This document shows, piece by piece, positions 1 to 10,774 of a stretch of DNA of 64,000 bases. The notes beneath the pieces were generated by a model. The model was not told the DNA's origin. It made no database searches and saw only the letters and a program-made list of their open reading frames with translations. This stretch comes from Candidatus Omnitrophota bacterium (lineage in GTDB: Bacteria; Omnitrophota; Omnitrophia; Omnitrophales; Aquincolibacteriaceae). Every line of letters begins with the position of its first letter. Position 1 is the first letter of the stretch. A program made the position numbers and the translations under genes. The DNA lies in contig CAIOAT010000013.1 of NCBI GenBank assembly GCA_903856085.1, positions 167,430 to 231,429 of the forward strand, written 5' to 3'.

Positions 1-738
1 ACCATCTCCGATCTCAACCGCTTTCGCGGATTGCTGACTCATAAGGATCATGGCAAGCCGGGCATCAAGTTTTCTTTCAAAATGCACGTACGAACCCAAT
101 CCGATCGGCAGGCCCGTGGCGCGCACTTCGTATTTCCCACCGAGCGAGTCTCCGCTCTTCATGGCTTTCGCGATCGCCAGGATCATAGCCTTTTCGGTCT
201 TTTTGCAGACACAACGAACGGGCGAATCCTTGGCGCTTTTTCGAATTTCCTCAACCGTGATATCTTGTTGAGGAAGCGAGACACTCCCGATCTGGACCAC
301 GTGAGCGGCCACCTCAATGCCGAAGGCCTTGAGCAAAAGCTTGCAAGCCGCGCCCACCGCAACGCGCATGGAGGTTTCGCGCGCGCTCGAACGTTCCAAC
401 ACCGCACGAATTCCCTGATCGTATTTCAGAGATCCCGCGAGATCCGCATGGCCGGGCCGAGGACGGAAAAGCTCCGGCATTTCCTCGATCTTGAAATCCT
501 TGTTCGTAAGGAGGAACCCCAAAGGCGCACCCGTCGTAACCTTCTTGATCACGCCTCCCAGGATCTCCACACCGTCCGTTTCGATCTTTTGTCTGTCTCC
601 GCGACCATAACCTCCCTGACGACGGCGCATCTCCCCATTGATAAAATCGAGATCGAGAGCGAGACCACTTGGGAAACCTTCCAAAATGGCGGCCATGTAG
701 TGACCGTGAGACTCTCCTGCGGTGATATATTTAAGCAT
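1..738 (-). CDS. aroC: chorismate synthase (partial; runs off the left edge)
   Basis: Not in the ORF track. Manual translation from ATG at 738 gives MLKYITAGESHGHYMAAILEGFPSGL, the AroC N-terminal TxGESHG motif. It also contains RPGHAD and LERASARETS. Confidence 0.95.
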   Translation of the reverse strand, partial: MLKYITAGESHGHYMAAILEGFPSGLALDLDFINGEMRRRQGGYGRGDRQKIETDGVEILGGVIKKVTTGAPLGFLLTNKDFKIEEMPELFRPRPGHADLAGSLKYDQGIRAVLERSSARETSMRVAVGAACKLLLKAFGIEVAAHVVQIGSVSLPQQDITVEEIRKSAKDSPVRCVCKKTEKAMILAIAKAMKSGDSLGGKYEVRATGLPIGLGSYVHFERKLDARLAMILMSQQSAKAVEIGDG

Positions 739-741
739 AGT

Positions 742-1530
742 CTAGACTCCGTAGGTTTTTGATAAGAAATTCAAAACTGTGTCCCCTTCTATGAAAATGA
801 ACGCCCCCGCGAGCGCCAGAAACGGACCAAACGGAATGGTTTCTTCTTTTTTCACAAAACGTTGCCACAGTGCGAACGGCAGGGCCGGAAAAGGCGCGAG
901 AAAAAAAATAAGACCGACTTTTGTCACTCCCACAAAAGTGCCAACCATAGCCAGAAGCTTCACGTCCCCGCCTCCCATGCTGTCCTTGCGAAAAACCAGT
1001 TTCCCCAACCAGCCGGTCAGGAGCAGGATCCCGCCTCCTGCCAAAAGCCCGACCCCGGAAGCAAGAAGTTTTTGGTACCAGAGCGCTTGGAGAAAATGCC
1101 CGTGACCAGTCACGCTGAGCGCTAACCCCAAGATCATTCCCGTGATCGTGATCTGATCCGGAATCAACCCGGTCTCAAAGTCCGTCAGGGTAGCAACAAG
1201 GATCATGGCAAAAAAGACAGCACTCGCCGTAAATTCAGCCGACAAACCGTACCGTCGCCATAAAAACCATGCGATCAGGGCACTTGTCAATTCCACGAGA
1301 AAATAGCGAAAGGCGATCGGCTTCCTGCAGCGGAAACATTTCCCCTGGAGCAAGAGATAGCTCACGAGCGGTATATTCTCATACAATGGGATCATCGCCT
1401 TGCAATGCGGGCAGAAGGAGCGGGGCAGCACAATCGAAAGATCGCGCGGCATCCGGTAAATGCAAACGTTCAGAAAACTCCCCACGATCGCCCCAACGGC
1501 AAAAACGAACCCCCCTGTGACTGGATCCAT
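742..1530 (-). CDS. pilD: type IV prepilin peptidase / N-methyltransferase
   Basis: GSFLNVCIYR, PRSFCPHC and KCFRC Zn motifs, MGGGDVKL, IPFGPFLA; multiple TM segments. Confidence 0.95.
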   Translation of the reverse strand: MDPVTGGFVFAVGAIVGSFLNVCIYRMPRDLSIVLPRSFCPHCKAMIPLYENIPLVSYLLLQGKCFRCRKPIAFRYFLVELTSALIAWFLWRRYGLSAEFTASAVFFAMILVATLTDFETGLIPDQITITGMILGLALSVTGHGHFLQALWYQKLLASGVGLLAGGGILLLTGWLGKLVFRKDSMGGGDVKLLAMVGTFVGVTKVGLIFFLAPFPALPFALWQRFVKKEETIPFGPFLALAGAFIFIEGDTVLNFLSKTYGV

Positions 1531-2496
1531 TTATTTCCCCTGTTCTTTTAACACCTGAAGAAGCGCCTGACGCATCACCCCTACCGGTGCCGTCCTTCCC
1601 GTCCAATACTCCAAAGCCCGCGCACCCTGATAAAGCAACATCCCGAGCCCATTCAAAGTCCTGTGCCCTTTCTTTTTCGCATTTTTCAAAAAGGGCGTCA
1701 TAGCTGGATTATAAATAAGGTCCATAAAGAATATTTTTTTCGCGCCGGCTTGCGGGACCCAGCCTTCCGGAATCACCCTCGGGTCTTGAGCCTTCAGCCC
1801 GATCGGAGTCGCGTTGATGATAACATCGGCCTTTTGAAGGGCCTCCTTGACCTCCGGCGTTCCAGCCGAAACAGCCTGATAATCCACCCTTTTGAAAAGC
1901 CTTCGCATATCGCTTGCGATTTTCCGGGCCTTTTGCGGAAAACAATCCGCGATCAAGATCTCCCGGATGCCCTCCCGCGAAAGACCATACGCAACCGCGC
2001 GTGCCGCGCCTCCGGCCCCGAGGATCACGGCCCTTTTCCCGGATGGGCGAAACCTGCCATCCTTCATGAGTGCCATGAGAAAACCTTCCATATCTGTATT
2101 CGTACCAATCCACCGTTTTCCTTGTTTGAAGACCGTGTTCACCGCACCGATGGCACGCGCTTCCGGCCGGACGCTATCAAGATAGCTCATCACTGTTTCT
2201 TTGTAGGGAACGGTGACATTAAAACCTGAAAGAGAAATCTCGGAGGATTGATTCATGAGCCTTTTGAAAGCAGCGGGAATCAGTTCCAGGACGATATAGT
2301 TGGCATCGATCTCGAGCTTGTGAAACGCGGCTTCGTGCATGGCCGGAGAAAGAGTGTGCGAGAGGGGGTGACCGAAGATCCCGTAAAGCTTAAAGGGCTT
2401 GCCCTGGCATGTGTTTTTTTCTGACTGAAGGTTGCCAGGGCAAGTCCAATTAACCTTCAAACCCTTTGATGGAGAATTGGCCTTGTCCTTTTTCAC
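1531..2496 (-). CDS. aroE: shikimate dehydrogenase
   Basis: GHPLSHTLSPAMH, NVTVPYK, GAVNT, NTD, GAGGAARA, NATPIG, GLGMLLYQ. The start is uncertain: GTG overlaps the leuA stop and gives a ~30-aa N-terminal extension. Confidence 0.93.
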   Translation of the reverse strand: MKKDKANSPSKGLKVNWTCPGNLQSEKNTCQGKPFKLYGIFGHPLSHTLSPAMHEAAFHKLEIDANYIVLELIPAAFKRLMNQSSEISLSGFNVTVPYKETVMSYLDSVRPEARAIGAVNTVFKQGKRWIGTNTDMEGFLMALMKDGRFRPSGKRAVILGAGGAARAVAYGLSREGIREILIADCFPQKARKIASDMRRLFKRVDYQAVSAGTPEVKEALQKADVIINATPIGLKAQDPRVIPEGWVPQAGAKKIFFMDLIYNPAMTPFLKNAKKKGHRTLNGLGMLLYQGARALEYWTGRTAPVGVMRQALLQVLKEQGK

Positions 2497-4040
2497 ACCG
2501 AGGAAGGCTGGCTCAGGGCCCGTGGAGAGTTCGCCGAAACCTTATTAAGCGCGAAAAGATAGGCGCGCACGCTGGCTTCAATGATGTCCGTACTTGTGCC
2601 GCGACCGGTCACTTCCTTGCCACCGATCTCCAGCTTGACCAACACTTCGCCCAACGCGTCTTTTCCGCTCGTAACCGATTGCAGCCCGTAGTGAATCAGT
2701 TTTGCCTTGGAATTCACGATCTTCTCGATAGCCTTGTAGCAGGCATCCACGGGGCCATCCCCAGTCGAGAGGGCTTGTTTAGCCTTGCCTTCATAGGAAA
2801 GCTTGATCTGGGCGTGAGGCTTCACGCTGGTCTCCGACACTACTTTCATGGACATCAGCTTCCAAGTCTCTGGAATTTTGGCGATTTCATTTTGTAAAAT
2901 AGCCTCGAGATCTTCATCAAAAATATATTTTTTCTTGTCCGCAAGCGTCTTAAATTGAACAAACGCTTGGTCGAGTTCCTTGGACGCCAATCGGAATCCG
3001 AGTTTCTTCACGCGGACCTCAAAAGCGTGCTTCCCCGAGAGTTTCCCGAGCATCAGCTGACTGCCGGAAAGCCCGATCTTTTTAGGATCCATGATCTCAT
3101 AGGTCTGGCGCTTCTTAAGCACCCCGTCCTGATGGATGCCAGAGGCATGCCAGAAAGCATTGCGCCCAACGATCGCCTTGTTAGGCTGAACGACCATCCC
3201 CGTCAGATGAGATACCAAACGCGAAGCCTTGGTGATCTCAGAGAGTTTAATGTCTGTATAACAATTCATGAAATCCGCACGCGTGTCGATCGTCATGGCG
3301 ATCTCTTCAAGCGAAGCGTTCCCCGCACGCTCACCGATCCCATTCACCGTACATTCCACCTGATTCGCACCCGCTAGGACGGCCGCCAAGGAATTCGCCG
3401 TCGCAAGGCCAAGGTCGTTGTGACAATGAACCGAAAGCACGACCTTTTGCCCGAGCTCTGGATTTTTCTTGATCAAGAAACGGATCAGATCCGTGAATTC
3501 CTGCGGGACGGTGTACCCGACAGTATCTGGAATATTGATTGAGGTCGCCCCTGCATGGATCGCAGCCCGAACGGTCTCTGCCAAAAAATCCCGCTCCGTG
3601 CGCGATGCATCCTCAGGCGAAAACTCGATCTGCTTGAAATCCTTGGCCGCTGACTTGATCTGCTGCGCCACCATCGCAAGGATCTCTCTCTTGTTCTTTT
3701 TGAGCTTGAACTCGCGATGGATCTGGGAAGTCGCAAGGAAAACATGCAGCCGTTTTTTCGCAGCCCTCTCAAGCGCCCTTCGGCATGCGTCAATATCCCG
3801 AGGGATCATGCGCGACAGTCCGCAGATCACGGGCTTGCGCACACTTTCCGCGATCATGGAAACGGCCTTCATCTCCCCCAACGAGGACGCCGGAAATCCT
3901 GCCTCGATCACGTCGACATTCAATCGTTCAAGCTGCCGCGCGATCTTCAGCTTCTCGTCGGGCGTGAGCGACGCCCCGGGCGATTGCTCGCCGTCCCGGA
4001 GCGTGGTGTCAAATATGTGGATCTTCCGTTTTCCCGCCAT
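2493..4040 (-). CDS. leuA: 2-isopropylmalate synthase
   Basis: DTTLRDGEQSPG, HCHNDLG, GIGERAGN, HQDG, and a C-terminal regulatory domain with GDGPVDA. Confidence 0.96.
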   Translation of the reverse strand: MAGKRKIHIFDTTLRDGEQSPGASLTPDEKLKIARQLERLNVDVIEAGFPASSLGEMKAVSMIAESVRKPVICGLSRMIPRDIDACRRALERAAKKRLHVFLATSQIHREFKLKKNKREILAMVAQQIKSAAKDFKQIEFSPEDASRTERDFLAETVRAAIHAGATSINIPDTVGYTVPQEFTDLIRFLIKKNPELGQKVVLSVHCHNDLGLATANSLAAVLAGANQVECTVNGIGERAGNASLEEIAMTIDTRADFMNCYTDIKLSEITKASRLVSHLTGMVVQPNKAIVGRNAFWHASGIHQDGVLKKRQTYEIMDPKKIGLSGSQLMLGKLSGKHAFEVRVKKLGFRLASKELDQAFVQFKTLADKKKYIFDEDLEAILQNEIAKIPETWKLMSMKVVSETSVKPHAQIKLSYEGKAKQALSTGDGPVDACYKAIEKIVNSKAKLIHYGLQSVTSGKDALGEVLVKLEIGGKEVTGRGTSTDIIEASVRAYLFALNKVSANSPRALSQPSSV

Positions 4041-4063
4041 AGCAGTCCTGGTAACTTCCTTCC

Positions 4064-5065
4064 TTATTTCGCTTTATGGATGAACGCCATCATCCCGCGC
4101 AGCTGCGCCCCGACTTTTTCGATCAAATGCTTTTCGCAGTGCTCGCGCTGCTTCTTGAAATTCGGACGGCCCTTTTTATTCTCGGCCATCCATTCCTTCG
4201 CGAATTTCCCGGACACAATTTCTTTCAGCATCTTCTTCATTTCTTTACGCGTCGCTTTCGTGATCACGCGCGGTCCACGGCTGTAACCGCCATACTCCGC
4301 GGTATCAGAAACACGCCGGTACATGCCCGCAATCCCGTGCACGAACATGGCATCCACAATGAGCTTCACTTCATGGAGACATTCGAAATACGCCATTTCC
4401 GGCTGATACCCAGCTTCAACCAAGGTATCAAAACCAGCCGTGATCAGATCGCTCAAGCCGCCGCAAAGAACCGCTTGCTCGCCAAAAAGATCCGTCTCGG
4501 TCTCTTCCTTAAAAGTGGTTTCAATCACTCCCGCGCGAGCACCGCCAATGGCCTTAGCATAAGCCAAGCCAATCTGGAGCGCCTTGCCGCTGGGATTCTG
4601 CTTGATGGCCACAAGGCATGGTACACCGCCGCCTTCCACGAATTGGGAACGCACAAGTGAGCCCGGCCCTTTTGGAGCAACCATGAAGACATCGATCTCC
4701 TTGGAGGGCTTGATGTAGCCAAAGTGAATATTAAACCCGTGGGAGAAGCAAAGCGATTTACCGGCCTTCATATACGGCGCGATATGCTTTTCATAGATCT
4801 CAGCCTGAAGATGATCCTGCGTGAGAATCTGAATAATATCCGCCTGCTGAGCCGCTTCGCTTGCAGTCATGGGTTTGAAACCATCTTTCACCGCCTGCTC
4901 ATAATTGGGGGTTCCTGGGATTTCGGAAACGATCACATTCACACCCGAATCACGGAGATTGAGCCCTTGGCCGCGACCTTGAATCCCGTAGCCGATGATG
5001 GCGACTTTCTTGCCTTTAAGAAAATTCAGATCCGCATCTTTATCGTAATAAATTTTGACTGCCAT
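4064..5065 (-). CDS. ilvC: ketol-acid reductoisomerase
   Basis: IGYGIQG, MVAPKGPG, ETETDLFGEQAVLCGG. Confidence 0.97.
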   Translation of the reverse strand: MAVKIYYDKDADLNFLKGKKVAIIGYGIQGRGQGLNLRDSGVNVIVSEIPGTPNYEQAVKDGFKPMTASEAAQQADIIQILTQDHLQAEIYEKHIAPYMKAGKSLCFSHGFNIHFGYIKPSKEIDVFMVAPKGPGSLVRSQFVEGGGVPCLVAIKQNPSGKALQIGLAYAKAIGGARAGVIETTFKEETETDLFGEQAVLCGGLSDLITAGFDTLVEAGYQPEMAYFECLHEVKLIVDAMFVHGIAGMYRRVSDTAEYGGYSRGPRVITKATRKEMKKMLKEIVSGKFAKEWMAENKKGRPNFKKQREHCEKHLIEKVGAQLRGMMAFIHKAK

Positions 5066-5101
5066 TTTATTTTCCTTTCGCTCGTTGCGATGTTGTTGAG
5101 A

Positions 5102-5650
5102 TTATTTCTTTTTTGTTTTTTTTGCTGTCTTACAAACGCCGGTCTTCCCGCCGCATTTTGCCGGGGCTTTCAGTTCACCCCGGCGAGCCATGGCGATCTG
5201 CCCTGTTCGGACGACTTCTTTAAGATCAAACGGCCTCAAAAGCTCGAGCATCGCGTCGATCTTACCTTCGCTTCCCGTGACCTCGATCGTCAGGGATTCC
5301 GGGCTTACGTCCACGATCTTCGCGCGAAACGTGTTGACGACATGCATGATGTCGTTACGGTTCGTCGCATTCGCCCCGATCTTGATCAGCACAAGCTCTC
5401 GCGCAATCATATCCTTCGCCGTGAGATCCTCCACACAGATCACATCCACCAATTTGTTCAGTTGTTTCATGATCTGCTCGACCACGCGATCATCTCCGTT
5501 CGCGATCACGGTCATGCGCGACACTTCCGGATCTTGGGTTTCCCCGACCGCAAGACTGTCGATATTAAACCCGCGCGCCGAAAAAAGTCCTGCTACACGT
5601 GCCAAAACACCAAAATGATTTTCCACCAAAACTGAGACCGTATGTTGCAT
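5102..5650 (-). CDS. ilvN: acetolactate synthase small (regulatory) subunit
   Basis: ACT domain VENHFGVLARVAGLFSARGFNIDSL and EVVRTG; Lys-rich C-terminal tail. Confidence 0.96.
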   Translation of the reverse strand: MQHTVSVLVENHFGVLARVAGLFSARGFNIDSLAVGETQDPEVSRMTVIANGDDRVVEQIMKQLNKLVDVICVEDLTAKDMIARELVLIKIGANATNRNDIMHVVNTFRAKIVDVSPESLTIEVTGSEGKIDAMLELLRPFDLKEVVRTGQIAMARRGELKAPAKCGGKTGVCKTAKKTKKK

Positions 5651-5672
5651 AAGAACTCCTTATCCTCTTTTT

Positions 5673-7358
5673 TTACGCCATATCCATGATCTGATCCAGG
5701 GCATTCCCGGCTGGAACCATTGGATACACATTCGCTTCTCTGGAAACAAGACACTGCACCACCACGGGTCCTTTGTGCGCCAACGCCTTTTTGATCGCCG
5801 GGACCACTTCCTTTTTTTGCCGGACCCGGAGCGCAAGAATACCGTAAGCACCTACCAATTTCACAAAATCAGGATTCGTCGGCCCAATCACGGAACCCGA
5901 ATAACGCCGCTTATAGAAAAGCTCCTGCCATTGGCGAACCATGCCGTAATAGCCGTTGTCGAGAATGAACGTCTTGACCGGCACTTTGTTGTAAGCCGCG
6001 GTCGCAAGTTCGGTCATCGTCATCTGGAACGATCCATCTCCTTCAATGCAGACCACAGTATCACGGGGTCTTCCGAGCTGCGCGCCGATCGCGGCGGGAA
6101 AACCATACCCCATCGTCCCAAGTCCTCCGGAAGTAAGCATCGTGCGAGGCCGGTCGAATTGATACCATTGCGCCGTCCACATCTGATGCTGTCCCACGCC
6201 GGTGACCACGATTGCCTGGTGTTTGGTCAACTCCCCGATCTTTTCAATCATATACGCAGGATGAATCTTTTGCCCCGTATTCTCATATTTCATCGGATGC
6301 TTCTCTTTCCACGCCGCGATCTGGGTGAGCCACTCCTGCATATCCGAACGCTTGTCCGCAATAAGCCCGCTCAGTTTCTTAATCGCCTGTTTTACGTCGC
6401 TCACCACGGGCACATGCACCCGCACCGTCTTGGAGATCGACGCTGGATCAATATCAATGTGAATGATCTTGGCATGCGGCGCGAATTTCGCCACATTGCC
6501 GGTCACGCGATCGTCAAAACGCGCGCCGACCCCGATCAGAACATCGGAATTCTGTACCGCATAATTCGCAAAATGAGTCCCGTGCATCCCGAGCATCCTA
6601 AGCGACGACTCGTGTGTTTCTGGAAAAATCCCAAGCCCCAGAATCGTTGTTGTGATGGGGATTCCCGTCTTTTCCACAAACTCGCGGATTTCTTTTTCGG
6701 CTCCGGAAATGATCGCCCCGCCACCGACATACAACACAGGCCGCTTACTCGCACGGATCAATTCGACCGCCTTCCGAATCTCGCCCTCCACCCCTTGGCA
6801 CTCCACCTGAGGCTGATAGCTCCGGATAAAAACATCTTTGGGCCACACAAAATCTGTTTTGGCGCGACTGATATCCACAGGAAAATCGATCAGCACGGGA
6901 CCTGGTTTTCCGGTGGTCGCGATAAAAAATGCTTCGCGCACGATTCGCGCAATATCCCGGACATCTTTGATCAGAAAATTGTGTTTCGTCACAGGGCGCG
7001 TGATCCCGACGATGTCTACTTCTTGGAACGCGTCGCTCCCGATCGCATTCGTCGTCACCTGCCCGGTGATGCAGACCACCGGCACAGAATCCATGTAAGC
7101 GGTCGCAAGACCGGTCACGGTGTTCGTAGCGGCTGGTCCTGAGGTCACCAAACAAACTCCGGGTCGCCCCGTCGCGCGAGCGTACCCATCCGCCATATGC
7201 GTCGCGCCTTGCTCGTGCTTGGTCAGAATCAATTTGATCTTGGAATCATAGAGCACATCGTAGGTGGGCAGAATAACCCCCCCCGGAAGCCCAAAGATAT
7301 GCTCCACGCCTTCTTTTTCAAGACATTTGATCAAAATCTCAGCGCCTGTAAGTTTCAT
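5673..7358 (-). CDS. ilvB: acetolactate synthase large subunit
   Basis: HEQGATHMADGYAR, DAFQE, RFDDRVTG, ThDP motif GDGSFQM, MVRQWQ. Confidence 0.97.
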   Translation of the reverse strand: MKLTGAEILIKCLEKEGVEHIFGLPGGVILPTYDVLYDSKIKLILTKHEQGATHMADGYARATGRPGVCLVTSGPAATNTVTGLATAYMDSVPVVCITGQVTTNAIGSDAFQEVDIVGITRPVTKHNFLIKDVRDIARIVREAFFIATTGKPGPVLIDFPVDISRAKTDFVWPKDVFIRSYQPQVECQGVEGEIRKAVELIRASKRPVLYVGGGAIISGAEKEIREFVEKTGIPITTTILGLGIFPETHESSLRMLGMHGTHFANYAVQNSDVLIGVGARFDDRVTGNVAKFAPHAKIIHIDIDPASISKTVRVHVPVVSDVKQAIKKLSGLIADKRSDMQEWLTQIAAWKEKHPMKYENTGQKIHPAYMIEKIGELTKHQAIVVTGVGQHQMWTAQWYQFDRPRTMLTSGGLGTMGYGFPAAIGAQLGRPRDTVVCIEGDGSFQMTMTELATAAYNKVPVKTFILDNGYYGMVRQWQELFYKRRYSGSVIGPTNPDFVKLVGAYGILALRVRQKKEVVPAIKKALAHKGPVVVQCLVSREANVYPMVPAGNALDQIMDMA

Positions 7359-7374
7359 GACATGTTTTTCCTTT

Positions 7375-7464
7375 TTAAGCTGGGCTTATCCCAACCTCTT
7401 TTTTATTTCCACAAACGGTCACTAGGACCAGCCCAATGAATCTTTCATTTCTTGAATCGAGCAT
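7375..7464 (-). promoter_or_regulatory. candidate ILV-rich leader peptide (29 aa) upstream of ilvB
   Basis: ATG at 7464 encodes MLDSRNERFIGLVLVTVCGNKKEVGISPA. It has an IGLVLVTV cluster and ends just before the ilvB SD. Confidence 0.3.
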
Positions 7465-7502
7465 TGGACCCGCTACTCCATTCCATGAGACCGGGGGAAC
7501 GA

Positions 7503-8735
7503 TCAAACTGCGAAAAAATCCTTCACGCCTTTTTTGAATTTTCCCTTCCAGGTCTCTTGGCCCTTGGCGACGGAAGCCTCCCAACTCTGTCCCATTGCCT
7601 CCATCCAATCAAAAACAGACTTTTTGAATTCCAACTCGTCAAGTTCTTCGTCCGTTTTGTAATCTACAAGATGGAGCGGATAACCTTTTTGCTGTAGCTT
7701 ATCGAACCAAACCTGGTTGCGGGAACGGACATCCCCATCCGTTTTTAACGCGATGTAAAAAGGGACCTGGTCTGCCGCATCCGCACGAGGCTGGATCAAC
7801 TGGGAAAACGGTCCGGCCCACGCCTGGCCCAACAAAGCGACCGCCGAAAATTCTTTGGGATATTTGATGGCCATGTAGGCCGCGTAATGAGCTCCCAGAT
7901 CTTTTCCGACCAGATAGACACGCTTTTTACTGATGGGAAAACGTTCCATCACATCTTTTTTTACGGTAAGAAGCCATTGATCCAAGGTGTAGGGCGTGTC
8001 CCCTTCTTTTGGCCAGAGAACATAGGGCGCCAGAATAAAGATGCTCTTTCTCTGAGCCAGCCCTGTCAAATATTCGATCTGTTTTTCAGCTTTCGCGGAT
8101 TCTGCCGGCGCGATCATGATCATCGCATAGGTCCTGTCGGTCTTATAATCCTTCGGCGCAAAAAGAAAAACGGGATATTTGTAACCACTGACTTCCACAA
8201 GCCCCGAAGGGTTGGAAGCTGTAAAAACCTGGTCTTTTGGCATCTCTTTGGAAGCAACTTTGGCCGGCGACGGCAAGGACTGAACCGTCTTAGGCGTTTG
8301 GACCCCTCCCGTTTTAAGCGAAGAAACCGCTGGGGTTACCGAATTTTTTTTGGAAGCAATCGTCTCAACAGATTGAATCGGAGGAATCGGCGACGCCGCA
8401 GGGATCAACGCCAGACTTGCATCAGGAATCGTCGTTGGCTTTTTTGGGGGAAGGCTCGCAGGGCTTGCCGCCGGCGCCGTCCTTACTTCAGACGTTGCTG
8501 CCGAAGCTGCTTGAACCGGCGAAACGATTGCCCGCGTCGGTTGCGCCCCTATGGAAATTTTTGATGCTGAGTAAGTCTCGACGACAGGCCGTGCTTCGCC
8601 AGGGGCCGGCAAGGTTTCATCATAATTCGCTGCGGCCTTTTTTTCTTCAACCGTGTCGGCGTACGCAGGGATACTGAACGCAGTAACCACAGCGATTACG
8701 CAAAGAAACAAAAAAATTTGGCGACGGTTTTCCAT
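7503..8735 (-). CDS. secreted protein with Pro/Ala/Ser-rich linker and C-terminal alpha/beta-hydrolase-like domain (degenerate catalytic residues)
   Basis: Start reassigned to MENRRQIFLF (GAGGA SD upstream). Signal peptide ends at AYA-D. RVYLVGKDLG and KYPKEFSAVA resemble the esterase nucleophile-elbow region. Confidence 0.7.
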   Translation of the reverse strand: MENRRQIFLFLCVIAVVTAFSIPAYADTVEEKKAAANYDETLPAPGEARPVVETYSASKISIGAQPTRAIVSPVQAASAATSEVRTAPAASPASLPPKKPTTIPDASLALIPAASPIPPIQSVETIASKKNSVTPAVSSLKTGGVQTPKTVQSLPSPAKVASKEMPKDQVFTASNPSGLVEVSGYKYPVFLFAPKDYKTDRTYAMIMIAPAESAKAEKQIEYLTGLAQRKSIFILAPYVLWPKEGDTPYTLDQWLLTVKKDVMERFPISKKRVYLVGKDLGAHYAAYMAIKYPKEFSAVALLGQAWAGPFSQLIQPRADAADQVPFYIALKTDGDVRSRNQVWFDKLQQKGYPLHLVDYKTDEELDELEFKKSVFDWMEAMGQSWEASVAKGQETWKGKFKKGVKDFFAV

Positions 8736-8796
8736 TGGATCCTCGATCCCGCAGGGAATTAAATTGACGCAAACCTCTGAGACAAAAGAGGTTATT

Positions 8797-8824
8797 ATTA
8801 TATGGATAACATCTGGCTTGTCAA
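8797..8824 (-). promoter_or_regulatory. sigma70-type promoter
   Basis: TTGACA-N16-TATAAT on the minus strand, ~60 nt upstream of the ATG at 8735. Confidence 0.65.
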
Positions 8825-8890
8825 CGCAGCTAAAAAGCATGCGAAAAGCACGCTTTTCTCGCGCAATCTTGGGATTTCCGGTGGATCAGG

Positions 8891-10671
<1,781 letters not shown>

Positions 10672-10722
10672 TTACGGTTGTTCAAATAAGACAACAAGAA
10701 AAATCCGGTAAATCAGGGTGTG

Positions 10723-10750
10723 ATTATAGCAAATCCTCGAAGGGTGTCTA
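10723..10750 (-). promoter_or_regulatory. sigma70-type promoter for eno
   Basis: TAGACA-N16-TATAAT with extended -10 (TGC-TATAAT). Confidence 0.55.
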
Positions 10751-10774
10751 GCATCACGATGCTTGCGAATCGAT

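Noticed and set aside
31-762. 243-aa plus-strand ORF
   Set aside because: It is the antisense shadow of aroC, whose motifs are clear on the minus strand.
2386-2410. Out-of-frame ATG that would give MPGKPFKLYG for aroE if one G were removed
   Set aside because: The in-frame GTG overlapping the leuA stop explains the gene without assuming an indel. This cannot be settled without reads.
5775-7142. 455-aa plus-strand ORF and similar long antisense ORFs (e.g. 16390-17211, 17626-18471, 21353-22159)
   Set aside because: They lie opposite conserved genes, have no recognisable motifs and are explained by codon bias on the coding strand.
8802-8810. TTATCCATA, a DnaA-box-like 9-mer in a promoter
   Set aside because: It is a single mismatched box with no cluster and no dnaA nearby, so not an origin.
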